A stretch of DNA of 41,950 nucleotides from a virus (Duplodnaviria; Caudoviricetes), in the IMG/VR virus record IMGVR_UViG_3300048853_000049, positions 1 through 41,950 of that record; one strand, 5' to 3'. Below, piece after piece: positions 14,519 to 24,475 of this stretch. Made by a program: the position numbers and the translations under genes. The notes beneath the pieces were generated by a model that had not been told where the DNA came from, did not search any database, and was given only the letters and a program-made list of their open reading frames with translations. The first letter of the stretch is position 1; each line of letters opens with the position of its first letter.

Positions 14519-17452
14519 CTAAATGCGGACTGCTAGCATCCCTGTCGATGTCCGATAGATTTCCCCGACTGCCAGTCCTCCCGCTGTCGCTGCGGCGTTG
14601 TCCGCATACGCCGTCAACGTCGGCAGCACGGGGAAGCTGGGCCTGCCAGTGTACCGAAGGATCATTGCCTCGAGGAGGGCTTCGTTGGTTGTCGTCGAGC
14701 TATCGCCAACCAAAAAGGCAATATCCACCTCTTTGTCATCGGCAGACCCCTGCTTGGAGACGATGGCAGCGCCGCGACGGCTTGACCCAAGACGAGACCA
14801 TTCGATCGCCACGCCGTAGGTACCGGCCCCCGGCGTGCCTCTGGCGTTGTTAAGGAAGAGCCCGGAGGGTGCCTGGCTTGCAGATGAGAACAGAGCGCCG
14901 ATGATTTCCCGCGTAGCAGTGAACCGTGCGCCTGTCGCCCGACCTTCCACCGTCTTGTTCTGCCATTGCAGATCAATGGTGAAATTGTCACTGCTTGGCG
15001 GCGTGACGAATGCGGGAGCGACTGAGCCGGCAACCGTGCCGCTTACGCTGAAAGGACCAATCAGGGCGCCGGCGTTCCATCGGAGGAAATTGACCGCGAA
15101 GCCGTGATGGTTGTCACAATGGATGCTGACGCGGTTCAGGTTGAAAGTTGTGTCGACGCCAATGCTGTCGTTGCCACTTGTCTGGCCCGTCAGGCTCAAA
15201 ACGTGGAAATCAACAATATCGCCGCCGAACGTACCCGCATCAATGTCGCTGGTCCCGTCAATGATGATTGAGCCAGAGGCCGAATTATCGCCTCCGACGG
15301 ACTCAATGGTTACGTCGTTGATGTCATTCACACGCACGAGGCTTTGCGCCGTCGTTGTGAAATCAGACCTGAACGCATACGACGGCCCGATCTTCCACCC
15401 AAAGGCATGCGTCAAACGAATGAGTTCTTCGTTGCCTTCTGGCGATCCCTCGCCCACATCGACGCCGAAGACGCCCGCCACGGTGCAATCATATGCCTTT
15501 TCCGTAACGCCTGGTTCGATCTGCATAGTCGGATTGCACTTCAAGACGCAACCGCCAGATCGGATGCCGAAGATGCGGCCGATCTTCAGGCGTCTCGTCC
15601 TTGCGAGATAGGGCGTGCGAGTGCTGCCCAATTCGACATTGACGCCCCAGACATCGGACGCGCCGGTATCGGCAGTGCTGCTACCGCTCCCAGTTACGGG
15701 TATGGTCCCAAATGTCACTGCGCCGGCCGTGGTGGTGATGGTGCCCGAAGCTCGGTACCATCCATCGCCGATATCCGTCATCACAACGTTTGACCAGCCC
15801 GCCTGAACAGAGCCTATGGCCCCGGTCTGGGCGTTGACCCAAAATGATGCGTTCGAGCTGCTGCAGCGCATTCGAATCCAGCCAGACCCCGAAATGTGCT
15901 TCAGATAGGCGGAGAACGTGTGGGCGGCTGCCGTAACCGTAACGCTGTTGTTAGGGCTGTCAGATGCGACGCCGGCCTTTGTGACCCTGTCTGCCGTCAT
16001 TGTGCCGTCAGGCGCGAGCGACGCGTCAGAGGTAATCGTCGCTGACGTTATTGTGCTCCAGCCTGCGACGTTTTCCGGGTTCGGGAAGAGATTGGCCGGC
16101 GATGGATCCTCGGAAGCGCCTACGCGCCCGACGTGCTCGCCAGTGTCTTCCGCCCAAACGTCGCCAATTTCCAAATCGGGGCAGCCGACAATAAGAAAGG
16201 CATTGTGCCCAGGAGACTTACTCGCATTTGGGCTCCTGGTCGTGGCGCGTATGCCGCCGACAACTCCAGATACGAACGTTCCCCTGAAAGCGCGCACATA
16301 GCTGTCGCACTCGAGAAAGCCGATATGATTCCCGGTCTTCACGAAGTCGACATTGGTGTTCCACAAGTGAACAGGCCGATCAATATTGACCGTCTTCACA
16401 TAGCCGATGTGGACGTGGTCTCCTTCGGAGACGATACCGCCGCCGCCGCGCTGTGTGTCGGCAGAGACCTCCAGATAATCTATACGAACGCGGTCGCCGA
16501 TGCGCAGAATGTCGGAGTTTGTCTCCGTGCCTGGCGAGCTAATGACCAGCTCGTCAAAAACGCAATCATTGCCGATGGTGACGTCGATGTTGGAGCCGGT
16601 CAGGGAGCCAGCTACTCTGACGACGGCCCCCTTGGCCCGGAACGTTACCCCTGCCGGAATGGCGACCTGCGTAACGTTGTACGTCTTGCCTGCTGTAAGG
16701 CAGACCTGTCCGTCTCCGGCGATCGCGGCATTGCACGCCGCAACAATGGCTGCAGCCGCGTTGCTCGCGTTCCAACTCGGGAAGAGTTCGGGGTAGTGCT
16801 GGCCTGCCCCCGCCAGAGCGGCTGCGGCTTCAGCGCGATCTGCTGCGTCTTCTGCGGCGGCGACAATCGCCGCGCTCGCCTGATCACTCACCAGTCGGAA
16901 AGTGCTGCCAGAGACAATGCCCATGACGATCATGCCGGCGGCCAGTCCGCCAGCAGTGACGTTGTTGCCGCTGTTCGTCTTGATCGTCAGCGCGGACCCG
17001 CCGTTGAAGGAGACCGTGACGGGCGATGAGGTGTTTGCCTCGAAAACGTTCATCCAGATCAGCGCAGACGCGCTGACTGGTATCGAAGTCGTCGCCTGGA
17101 TGGCATTCGGCGTGCCTGCGCCGGCATCGCTCGCGATGATGAAGCTGAACGGGAGATCCGCAACGCGAGTCCACGAGCCAACCCCAGACGCGCCGATCTT
17201 CCGGTAAATGCCGTTGTTGGCGACGGTCGCATCGCCGATAACCCACGCCGAAGAGTTGGCGCCGTGGGCCAAGTCGGCGTCCATAGCCGCCTTGCTGGAA
17301 TAGATCAGGCCGCCGTTCGACAGAAAGGCGTTAATGGTGGACTCGTATTCGCCCAGCAGTTGCCGAACGTCAGACTTCTTGACTTTGTGGCTGCCGGAGG
17401 CCGGTACGCCATCAGTTTCATAATCGCGAAACACGGTTGCTGCGGTCGCCAT
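14519..17452 (-). CDS. Tailspike / receptor-binding protein (977 aa)
   Basis: Follows the tail-tip gene; virion-anchor N-terminus, AEDAADRAEAAA linker, beta-helix-like body, terminal YADNAAATAGGLAVG.IYR motif. Confidence 0.85.
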   Translation of the reverse strand: MATAATVFRDYETDGVPASGSHKVKKSDVRQLLGEYESTINAFLSNGGLIYSSKAAMDADLAHGANSSAWVIGDATVANNGIYRKIGASGVGSWTRVADLPFSFIIASDAGAGTPNAIQATTSIPVSASALIWMNVFEANTSSPVTVSFNGGSALTIKTNSGNNVTAGGLAAGMIVMGIVSGSTFRLVSDQASAAIVAAAEDAADRAEAAAALAGAGQHYPELFPSWNASNAAAAIVAACNAAIAGDGQVCLTAGKTYNVTQVAIPAGVTFRAKGAVVRVAGSLTGSNIDVTIGNDCVFDELVISSPGTETNSDILRIGDRVRIDYLEVSADTQRGGGGIVSEGDHVHIGYVKTVNIDRPVHLWNTNVDFVKTGNHIGFLECDSYVRAFRGTFVSGVVGGIRATTRSPNASKSPGHNAFLIVGCPDLEIGDVWAEDTGEHVGRVGASEDPSPANLFPNPENVAGWSTITSATITSDASLAPDGTMTADRVTKAGVASDSPNNSVTVTAAAHTFSAYLKHISGSGWIRMRCSSSNASFWVNAQTGAIGSVQAGWSNVVMTDIGDGWYRASGTITTTAGAVTFGTIPVTGSGSSTADTGASDVWGVNVELGSTRTPYLARTRRLKIGRIFGIRSGGCVLKCNPTMQIEPGVTEKAYDCTVAGVFGVDVGEGSPEGNEELIRLTHAFGWKIGPSYAFRSDFTTTAQSLVRVNDINDVTIESVGGDNSASGSIIIDGTSDIDAGTFGGDIVDFHVLSLTGQTSGNDSIGVDTTFNLNRVSIHCDNHHGFAVNFLRWNAGALIGPFSVSGTVAGSVAPAFVTPPSSDNFTIDLQWQNKTVEGRATGARFTATREIIGALFSSASQAPSGLFLNNARGTPGAGTYGVAIEWSRLGSSRRGAAIVSKQGSADDKEVDIAFLVGDSSTTTNEALLEAMILRYTGRPSFPVLPTLTAYADNAAATAGGLAVGEIYRTSTGMLAVRI

Positions 17453-17463
17453 GTCTTCTCCAT

Positions 17464-17494
17464 AAAAAGAAAAGCCCTGGCGCTAGCCAGGGCT
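17464..17494 (-). terminator. Intrinsic terminator between tail-tip and tailspike genes
   Basis: AGCCCTGGC-TAGC-GCCAGGGCT then TTTCTTTTT. Confidence 0.75.
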
Positions 17495-17539
17495 GAAAAC
17501 TCAATTGTTGTTGGTATTTCAGGCCGTTACGTCAGGCCG

Positions 17540-19651
17540 CTACGTCACAACGAAGCTGCCCGTCGCGACCGCCGTACCCGGCACGCCAGACGGATTGATC
17601 GACCGCAGCCAGCCGTAGTAGGTGCCGGCCGCTAGTGACGTGACGACGCGAAGGTCTGTCGCACTCGGCGGCCCGTATTCGGTCGCTGCGAGCGTCGCTG
17701 TTCCCAAGTCGTTCGTCGTGTTGATGTAGATGCGGCAGGCGTAATAGTTGGCGCTGTTCGGCGCGGTCCATTGGAAGGCCGCCTCGGCTGGCGTCGACAC
17801 ATCCACGCTGACAGCGCTTACCGGATCAGGCGCAACCGGATCGGCCGTAGCCGTCAGGAAGATGTAAGCCGTCCACTCTGACTTGGAGCCGCCGCCCCAT
17901 GCCCTTAGGCGCACTTTGTATTCTTCGCCGTCGACGAGATAGCCGGAGCGAACCTGCGTGGTGCCCGCCTCTGAGAATACCGACTGCACGCCCGTCGAGC
18001 CGCTGGTGCGGTCGTATTCGAGTTCGTAAGTCAGCGTGTCGTCGACGAAGTCCCACGTTGCGTTAATGAATGCCGCCGTGGCTCCACCAGAAACGACTTC
18101 CGTCTGGATTGTTGCAGCGAAGTCGACGGGAACCGGCACGCCCTCATCGGGCAAGGGCTCGACGGATTCGCCTGGCTCGCCTTCTTCCGTGGCAGCGTTG
18201 AAACTGTACAGGCTCGAGTCCACCAGAATGCCCGAGAACGAAATGCGCATGTTGCGCAGGTCGATCGTCACGCTGGATGTGATTTCCACAACAGCCTCGG
18301 CCAGCCCCCGCGATGGATAGTGCAACGTCACAAAGCGTCGATACGGAATGTCTCGCGCGCCGTCAGCCGTGTAATCCGCCACCACCGACACCCGCCTTGC
18401 ATTGGCGCGAACGAAGGTCAGTTTCTGCTTGCGCTGGCAGTGGTTGTGGCTCTGGATCGCCGCATTCTCGAAAGTCCGCGTGCGCTCCGTGTTGTCGTCG
18501 ACCACGGCATAAGGGTCGCCGTAGATCGCGGCGTCTTCCGTGATGTAGTCCTTGGCCGTGTTGACGTACCGACCGCGCACGCCAAGCACCGTGTTTGCGC
18601 GGCGCTTGTTCTTATCAACGCGGATGCTGTAGACGTTCTCAGCGGTCAACCGCACGTCAGGCGTCACGAACTCGCCGGCATGAACGCCGATCTTCCCGTC
18701 TGCCCGCTCGTAGACGACGAGCTCGGCGGCCTCGTCCATGATGCGCCCGACTTCGATCGGATCGTTACTGGCGCGAAACCAGAAGCCGCCGTGATAGCGC
18801 TTCTCAGTTCCGCCAGTGCGGTTCGTCACGTTCTGGTCGCAGACGTTCGCCGCATTCACCCAATCGGGCAGATACATGTTTTCGTAGGCCATCTTGCCGC
18901 CGACGGGGTGGCAGAGGTGCCATAGGCGCATCAGCGCCAGGTTCGTCGAGAACTCCCATGTGTTCGGGTTGTTCGTGCGGTGCGAGCCGGAGCCCCCCTG
19001 CGTGCTGTCCTTGCGCGGGTCATAGAGAAGCGCGCCGTCGCCTACCGCGGAATGCTCCGGCATCTGGTTAGGATAGACATCGAGAAAGTCTTTTTGATCC
19101 ACCGTGCGGCACGTCATGTAGACGGACGCGAGCCCATCACCGCGGCAGTTGTTGTTCCAGATTGTCGGGAATGCCGTGACGACATCGGAATAGGCCGTCT
19201 CAGCGTTCAGGCCGAGCTTCGTCTTTATGTGGACAAAGCTGGTTCCATCCTTGTCGTAGTGGCCGGGTTCGGTAACGCCTCCATCGACATTCAAAGTAGC
19301 TTTGTCGTCGTGCAGGTAGTGCTGCACAAATCCTTGTATGCGGTGTCCAGCCCACACCATGATATGGTGCGCCTTGCCGCCCTTCTCCTCTAGGAAGACG
19401 TAGTCGCTGCCCTTCTTGGTCCTGCCGAGCACATACGCGAGAGACGGCACGCTTTGCTTCAGGTTATAGCTGCCGTCGTCTGGCTTCGGCACTTCCGGCT
19501 TGGATGCGAAGGCGCCTTGGATGAAACCAGCCCCGAGCGTTAGGCCCGCCGTAATTGCCGCGTACGTGCCGAGATAAAGGGCGTTCGCGGCGAAGGTCGT
19601 GGTCGCCAAAGACGACACGATCAGCGCAATGCTGTCGATAATGCCAGGCAA
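17540..19651 (-). CDS. Tail tip / host-specificity protein (J-like) with C-terminal FN3-like domains
   Basis: LYDPR, WEFSTNLAL, YKVRLRAW; position in the tail operon; AGGGGG SD before TTG. Confidence 0.85.
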   Translation of the reverse strand: MPGIIDSIALIVSSLATTTFAANALYLGTYAAITAGLTLGAGFIQGAFASKPEVPKPDDGSYNLKQSVPSLAYVLGRTKKGSDYVFLEEKGGKAHHIMVWAGHRIQGFVQHYLHDDKATLNVDGGVTEPGHYDKDGTSFVHIKTKLGLNAETAYSDVVTAFPTIWNNNCRGDGLASVYMTCRTVDQKDFLDVYPNQMPEHSAVGDGALLYDPRKDSTQGGSGSHRTNNPNTWEFSTNLALMRLWHLCHPVGGKMAYENMYLPDWVNAANVCDQNVTNRTGGTEKRYHGGFWFRASNDPIEVGRIMDEAAELVVYERADGKIGVHAGEFVTPDVRLTAENVYSIRVDKNKRRANTVLGVRGRYVNTAKDYITEDAAIYGDPYAVVDDNTERTRTFENAAIQSHNHCQRKQKLTFVRANARRVSVVADYTADGARDIPYRRFVTLHYPSRGLAEAVVEITSSVTIDLRNMRISFSGILVDSSLYSFNAATEEGEPGESVEPLPDEGVPVPVDFAATIQTEVVSGGATAAFINATWDFVDDTLTYELEYDRTSGSTGVQSVFSEAGTTQVRSGYLVDGEEYKVRLRAWGGGSKSEWTAYIFLTATADPVAPDPVSAVSVDVSTPAEAAFQWTAPNSANYYACRIYINTTNDLGTATLAATEYGPPSATDLRVVTSLAAGTYYGWLRSINPSGVPGTAVATGSFVVT

Positions 19652-19664
19652 GCTCGCCCCCTTG

Positions 19665-20105
19665 TCAGATTTCCCAGGCCGCTAGAGTTTTCGCGGTCAT
19701 GCGGCCGAAGCCGCTGTGCATGCGCACAAGCCAGCCTTCGCCGTCATGGATTGCGCCGAATTGGCGATGGATGTTGGATGGGCTGCCGATGACGCCGATG
19801 GCGCCACGTGCGGGCCGCCGGACGCGTTTGCCGTTGATGTTGGCAACACAGGCCGCCACGAGCGGAACAGCGCCCTCGTGGGCCGCTATGATGGCGCGGA
19901 AGCCGTTGTCGCTGTCGTACGTGCCACGCAGGTGCGCCGCTGGATCCGCGTGGCCAAGCCAGATCGCCCAGTCTGCGAGAACCATGCAGCAGTCAACGTG
20001 ACCGGGCTGCCAGTGGCGAGCGTTGTTGTTGGCGAGGAAGTCGGCGAGTTGACACGACTTATGGTGGTCGCCATGCTGAAGTGCATGCAAGTTGGAGAGG
20101 GACAT
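19665..20105 (-). CDS. NlpC/P60-like tail assembly protein (DUF6950-like)
   Basis: WQPGHVDCC..ADW...DPAAHLRGTY; start uncertain, no SD. Confidence 0.75.
   Translation of the reverse strand: MSLSNLHALQHGDHHKSCQLADFLANNNARHWQPGHVDCCMVLADWAIWLGHADPAAHLRGTYDSDNGFRAIIAAHEGAVPLVAACVANINGKRVRRPARGAIGVIGSPSNIHRQFGAIHDGEGWLVRMHSGFGRMTAKTLAAWEI
20049..20077 (+). promoter_or_regulatory. sigma70 promoter of the antisense moron
   Basis: TTGACA-N17-CATGCT. Confidence 0.6.
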
Positions 20106-20310
20106 GGAAATTAAGGAACTTCAGCAGAGGGTCGAGGCGCTTGAGCTAGTGCTCAAGAAAACGATCGACGTAATAATCGGCACCAACCCTCAATTGCGCA
20201 GCGCGCTTAGCCCCGCGTTGCGCGACGTAGCCAGCGGACAACCGGACGGACCCACCAAGGATATGATTGAACGACTTCTTTCTCTTCCCGAACGGCAGAG
20301 TCAGCAATAA
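20104..20310 (+). CDS. Antisense moron, small helical protein (68 aa)
   Basis: GGAGAGG SD plus own promoter; ELQQRVEALE. Confidence 0.6.
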   Translation: MEIKELQQRVEALELVLKKTIDVIIGTNPQLRSALSPALRDVASGQPDGPTKDMIERLLSLPERQSQQ

Positions 20311-20407
20311 TCTCTGCCAGCCAAAGCGGTATCGGCCATTCAGGCGGCGTCGAATTGAGCGGGGCTTTACCCAAGCCCCACTCCTCAAATGTCTTTTCTT
20401 CTGCCAT
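20207..20407 (-). CDS. Small Trp-rich hypothetical protein (66 aa)
   Basis: AGGAGA SD right after the upstream stop; overlaps the + strand moron. Confidence 0.4.
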   Translation of the reverse strand: MAEEKTFEEWGLGKAPLNSTPPEWPIPLWLAEIIADSAVREEKEVVQSYPWWVRPVVRWLRRATRG

Positions 20408-20416
20408 TTCGGTCTC

Positions 20417-20989
20417 CTACCAGTTGGGCCATTTTATTGTCATGTCTCGCATCAGCGGCACGCGCTTGCAGAACTCGTCGTCTGCCGCAGATGGATTCAA
20501 GATGGCGGAGCGCGCCCGTTGGTCGACGTCGGAAAGAACGGCGCCGTTCGTCACAGTGCGCAGCGTGAAGCGGTTGGTGATTTCGATATTCACCATCGAG
20601 CGAATGCCGTCGGCACTGGATTCGTCAACAACGTCGAGGTTGTCGATTTCGCCGGTAAACACGACAATCGGATCGCCGTCGGGCTGCTCGTCCTCGTCGA
20701 GGATTTGCAGTTTCACCACGAATGGCGATCCTTGCACCGAGCTCGTCTCGTCGTAATCCCAGATGCTATCGGCCGCCGATTGGCTGATCGAGATGAGCGA
20801 CAGCGCCAGCGTGAACGCCTCGCCGTTTATCGCCGCCTCGATCGACTGCAGCGCGTCCTCTGTGAACTGCGCCGGCCGATAGATATTACCCTCGCCGTCT
20901 ACGAACCTGCCGCCCGAGCCATCCCACACGCGAATGGTCTCTTCCGGCAACTCCGCATCGCAGAGGATGCGCAGCGATTTAATTGGCAT
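20417..20989 (-). CDS. Tail tip/hub protein (gpL-like position)
   Basis: RVWDGSG N-terminus; SDVDQRARS..DDEFC..V C-terminus; position. Confidence 0.75.
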   Translation of the reverse strand: MPIKSLRILCDAELPEETIRVWDGSGGRFVDGEGNIYRPAQFTEDALQSIEAAINGEAFTLALSLISISQSAADSIWDYDETSSVQGSPFVVKLQILDEDEQPDGDPIVVFTGEIDNLDVVDESSADGIRSMVNIEITNRFTLRTVTNGAVLSDVDQRARSAILNPSAADDEFCKRVPLMRDMTIKWPNW

Positions 20990-21155
20990 TGTCGCCTGCC
21001 CGCCAGCCGTCCGCCTGCTTGCGGAAAATCAGTCGCCAACTGTAGGTGGCGCGCCGAATGACTTGGAACGGCTCGTAACCGTTGGCTTCCCACTCGTTCA
21101 GGGTGCTCTCTACGGTCGTGCGCTCGTCTTCAATAAGATCAACAACCTTGTACAT
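20979..21155 (-). CDS. DUF4177-like small protein
   Basis: YKVV...ESTLNEWEANGYE...LIFRK; GGGGAGGG SD. Confidence 0.6.
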   Translation of the reverse strand: MYKVVDLIEDERTTVESTLNEWEANGYEPFQVIRRATYSWRLIFRKQADGWRAGDNAN

Positions 21156-21166
21156 GCAGCCCTCCC

Positions 21167-21874
21167 CTAGAGGTTCGACCAATAATCAACCGCCTCGACG
21201 AAGCTCACCGACGGCAACGAGAATTTCCCGACAGCGTTTTGATCGATGTCCATGCCGCGGTCCTCCGCCAGGTGGCAGAGGCACGTCGGCTGATCGAATT
21301 CGAGATCGGCGCCGGCAGGAATAAGCTCGCGCACCGACGGTGAAATCGGCACGGTCCAGATGTCGCCGCTTATGCTGGTGACGGGTCCGGTTTCGTAGAG
21401 CGCGTGGTTGTAGCTGAATTTCACGCCAACAAGGTTGGCATCGGCGTTGATGATGCGCAGGCGGATAGACGTTGCGCCTACCGGTGTCACACCGTCGGTG
21501 ACGACCGAAATGGCACCCTGCGTGTACGGCGTGTCGTCGTCAAACGGTGAGTCGTCGCTATGGTCGGTCTCGATGACGGGCTCGAACTTGCCGGAGACAT
21601 ACGGCGCCGAAAGGCTAGAACGGACGCGAACCGCGATAAGGCCGGAGCGGCCGCCGAGTTTTTGTCTGATTGCCTGCCAAGTCTGCCAAGCCTGCCGCGA
21701 GCGGTTCTGCATCACAATGCCGGAGTACGTTATGCTCCAATAACCGAGGTCCGTCCTCGTGCTGGGCTCAATGCCACCTAGCGTTCTGCCGCCCGAACGG
21801 GTGAAGGGCACGAGATCAGCAGAAGCGCTCTGCGGCGTTAGCACGCAGAGCGGCCATTGCAGAATCGAACTCAT
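21167..21874 (-). CDS. Distal tail protein
   Basis: TGATG coupling to the tape measure gene; ends SVSFVEA. Confidence 0.75.
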   Translation of the reverse strand: MSSILQWPLCVLTPQSASADLVPFTRSGGRTLGGIEPSTRTDLGYWSITYSGIVMQNRSRQAWQTWQAIRQKLGGRSGLIAVRVRSSLSAPYVSGKFEPVIETDHSDDSPFDDDTPYTQGAISVVTDGVTPVGATSIRLRIINADANLVGVKFSYNHALYETGPVTSISGDIWTVPISPSVRELIPAGADLEFDQPTCLCHLAEDRGMDIDQNAVGKFSLPSVSFVEAVDYWSNL

Positions 21875-24138
21875 CAGCGCCACTCCGCTCCTGCTTTATT
21901 TTTCTGGTGAGCCGCCATCGTCGGAACGACGTTCTGGTTTGCCGCGGAAACGATCTTAGGCGCCGCAGTAGCGACTTCCTTCTGCGAGACGGACTGGACA
22001 AACGGCAAAAGATTTCCGTTGTTGTCTGCAGACACGCCAACCGTCACATGAACCTGCTGCTGGCCTGCGCTGTTGCGCTTCGGAATCGACGGCGTCTGAA
22101 ATTTCACCGGAATGCTGCGTCCATCAGGAAGCGGAACTGCCGCCTCTGGCCCAGCCTCCCCGAAGATAGCTGCCGACTTCGAAACGCCGCCCCGTGCAAA
22201 TTTCTTCAGCGGCTGCGGCCTTCCGTGGGCGGCAATGCCGCCTTTAGCGAACGGGAAGATCGCCCCAAGCAACCCGCCAAGGAGCCCTCCGCCCCCGCCT
22301 CCGCCCGGTGCGCCGAACGGCCCCTTGCCGAGAATTGCGGCCTGCGCCACAGCCTCAATGAGGGTGTTCAGGAACTTGTCGAGGGCCTTGTTGCCAGTCT
22401 CGATCTTGGGGATGAGTTCGGAGAACGCGTCGTAAAACGCATCACCGAAGAACTCGGCCTGCTCACGTACCTTGTCCTGCGTGGCCGCCAGCTTCTCAGC
22501 CGCTGACGAGGCATTGGCGTAGCCAGTTGCGAGGGTGTCGATCTGCGCAGCAAGTTCTGGCGTAATCTCTTTGCCGGCGCTCGTTGCTGCATTCAGCAGA
22601 TCTTGCTTCGATGCGGCGAATTCAACGGCATAACCGAAATCATTTAGAAGCGGGTTTAGCCCAGCTTGCGCGGCGGTTTCTGCCTGGATGGCTGCGGTGC
22701 GCTCCCGAATCTGCTCGATTTCTCGCTGCAGATCGTCGCTACTCCCGCCGCCACCTCCGCCCCCGCCTCGGCCGCGACCACCTCCTCCGCCTCCACCACG
22801 ACTCGGTGGTGGCTTGAAGTCAGGTAGGGAGACTGGGTTGACGACGGCTTTCTTTCGCTTGCCGCCTCTCGTCCTTGGCCCACCCAGAGAAGTCGATCCC
22901 GACTCTGGCACGGCCTCGATGCCGTTCTCACCAAGCTTATACCCCGACACAGTGTCGGGGATGGCTGCCGCTGCGGCCCTGACTTCGGCGAGCTTGCCGA
23001 GCACTTCATTCAGGCGAGCCACCGCTTCGGTGTTATCGAAGCCTAGATTCGTATTCTTTTCGATTGTCGCCTGAAGCAGCTCGACTTCCCGCTCGAGCGC
23101 CTTTACCGCATCCTCGGCAGGCTCCTTATCAACGTTAATGACGTTGCCTGCGGCGTCCGTCACACCGGAGATACGATTAAGGGTATCGAGAACAGAATTC
23201 AGGGTCTCGTTGTTGGCGAGGAAGTTCTTGAATGCAGCGTCTGCGTCCTGAATTTTCTTGATCAGACCAGAGACATCGAAATTATCAATGGCGCCGGCCG
23301 CATTGTTAATGCCCTGAGCAAACCGCTCGCTCGCGCCAGTCGATTGATTAAACTCGCGAACGACATTTGTTAGGGACGTCCAGAGATTGTTAGTGGCCTG
23401 CGCAATTGTGAACGTCGCGCTGGCAGCCTTCTGCTCGAGGGTGACGGATCCCGCTTCGAATGCGCGGAAGAAGGCCTCTGAGGAAATTCGGCCATCCACA
23501 ATCAGCTGCTTGAGCTGAGATACAGACCCGCCCGCCTCTTTTAAGCCAGCCGCTGCTGCCTGGGCGATCGTCGGCGCGCCTTCAAGGATAGAGTTGAATT
23601 CCTCGGCCTGCACCTTGCCGCTGCCGAGCGCCTGGCCCAATTGCAAGAGGGCACCGCTAGCGGCCTGTGCGTCTGTACCAGCCACGCGGAGAGCCAAGGC
23701 AACGTTGTTGGTAAAGTTGAGCAGTTCGCCGCTGGTGACGCCAAGTTCCTTCTGTGCCTGCGCCGCTTTGCTGTACAGCGAAGCAAGCGTCTCGATGGGC
23801 GCGCCATTGGCTATCGCCGCCTTTGACAATCCTTCGTAAACGCGCTCCAGTTCGGCGCCGGAGAGTCCAGCCACCTTCAGCGAGTTATCAATACGCGTCG
23901 CCGCCTCAGAGAGGCTACCAAGACCGCGGATAACGTCAGTGAAGACAAAGGCTCCAGCGATGGCGGCGCCGGCCTGCACCAGAGAGGCAGTCATGGCCTT
24001 GCCGGTAGACGCGGCCTGCTTCTGGATTTGCCCCATCTGGCGATTGGTAATGCCTCGCGCCTTGCTTAGTGAATTCTGGTATCCCTTGAGGTCGGCACTC
24101 AACTGGACGACGAGGCGTTCGAGATCGGTTGCAGCCAT
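21874..24138 (-). CDS. Tail tape measure protein (754 aa)
   Basis: LERLVVQLSAD start; ALLQLGQALGSGKVQAEEFNSILE; FGEAGPEA. Confidence 0.93.
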   Translation of the reverse strand: MAATDLERLVVQLSADLKGYQNSLSKARGITNRQMGQIQKQAASTGKAMTASLVQAGAAIAGAFVFTDVIRGLGSLSEAATRIDNSLKVAGLSGAELERVYEGLSKAAIANGAPIETLASLYSKAAQAQKELGVTSGELLNFTNNVALALRVAGTDAQAASGALLQLGQALGSGKVQAEEFNSILEGAPTIAQAAAAGLKEAGGSVSQLKQLIVDGRISSEAFFRAFEAGSVTLEQKAASATFTIAQATNNLWTSLTNVVREFNQSTGASERFAQGINNAAGAIDNFDVSGLIKKIQDADAAFKNFLANNETLNSVLDTLNRISGVTDAAGNVINVDKEPAEDAVKALEREVELLQATIEKNTNLGFDNTEAVARLNEVLGKLAEVRAAAAAIPDTVSGYKLGENGIEAVPESGSTSLGGPRTRGGKRKKAVVNPVSLPDFKPPPSRGGGGGGGRGRGGGGGGGGSSDDLQREIEQIRERTAAIQAETAAQAGLNPLLNDFGYAVEFAASKQDLLNAATSAGKEITPELAAQIDTLATGYANASSAAEKLAATQDKVREQAEFFGDAFYDAFSELIPKIETGNKALDKFLNTLIEAVAQAAILGKGPFGAPGGGGGGGLLGGLLGAIFPFAKGGIAAHGRPQPLKKFARGGVSKSAAIFGEAGPEAAVPLPDGRSIPVKFQTPSIPKRNSAGQQQVHVTVGVSADNNGNLLPFVQSVSQKEVATAAPKIVSAANQNVVPTMAAHQKNKAGAEWR

Positions 24139-24157
24139 TCGCTTTGCGCCTTATAAT
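24129..24157 (+). promoter_or_regulatory. sigma70 promoter of the moron, overlapping the tape measure start codon
   Basis: TTGCAG-N17-TATAAT. Confidence 0.65.
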
Positions 24158-24184
24158 TGATCCACGCACGACCCTGGGGGCGGC

Positions 24185-24475
24185 ATGAAGAAGACTGTTC
24201 TGGCCGCAGTCGCGGCGATATTGCCGGCTGGCGCTTCAGCCAACGAGATTGAAGACGCGATGAAGCGAATTGGCCCCGCTTACATGTGTGGGCCGACGCA
24301 TGAGTACCGCGAGGCTCTGGATGAACTGAAGCAGGCACTCTTGGGTGCCGGAGTCCCAGAGATGTTGGCCGGATATGCGGTTGAAGGCATATCCGACTTC
24401 GTCACCAAGGAGCATGCTGCGAAGCGCGAAACGATATCGGCGAAGGAATGCGCCGAGGTATACGGCAGGGCCTAA
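24185..24475 (+). CDS. Antisense moron, secreted small protein
   Basis: Signal peptide MKKTVLAAVAAILPAGASA; one Cys pair; own promoter. Confidence 0.75.
   Translation: MKKTVLAAVAAILPAGASANEIEDAMKRIGPAYMCGPTHEYREALDELKQALLGAGVPEMLAGYAVEGISDFVTKEHAAKRETISAKECAEVYGRA

Noticed and set aside
22740-22805. Poly-Gly/Arg low-complexity stretch in the tape measure protein
   Set aside because: Common linker in alphaproteobacterial tape measure proteins; codons vary, so not a tandem DNA repeat
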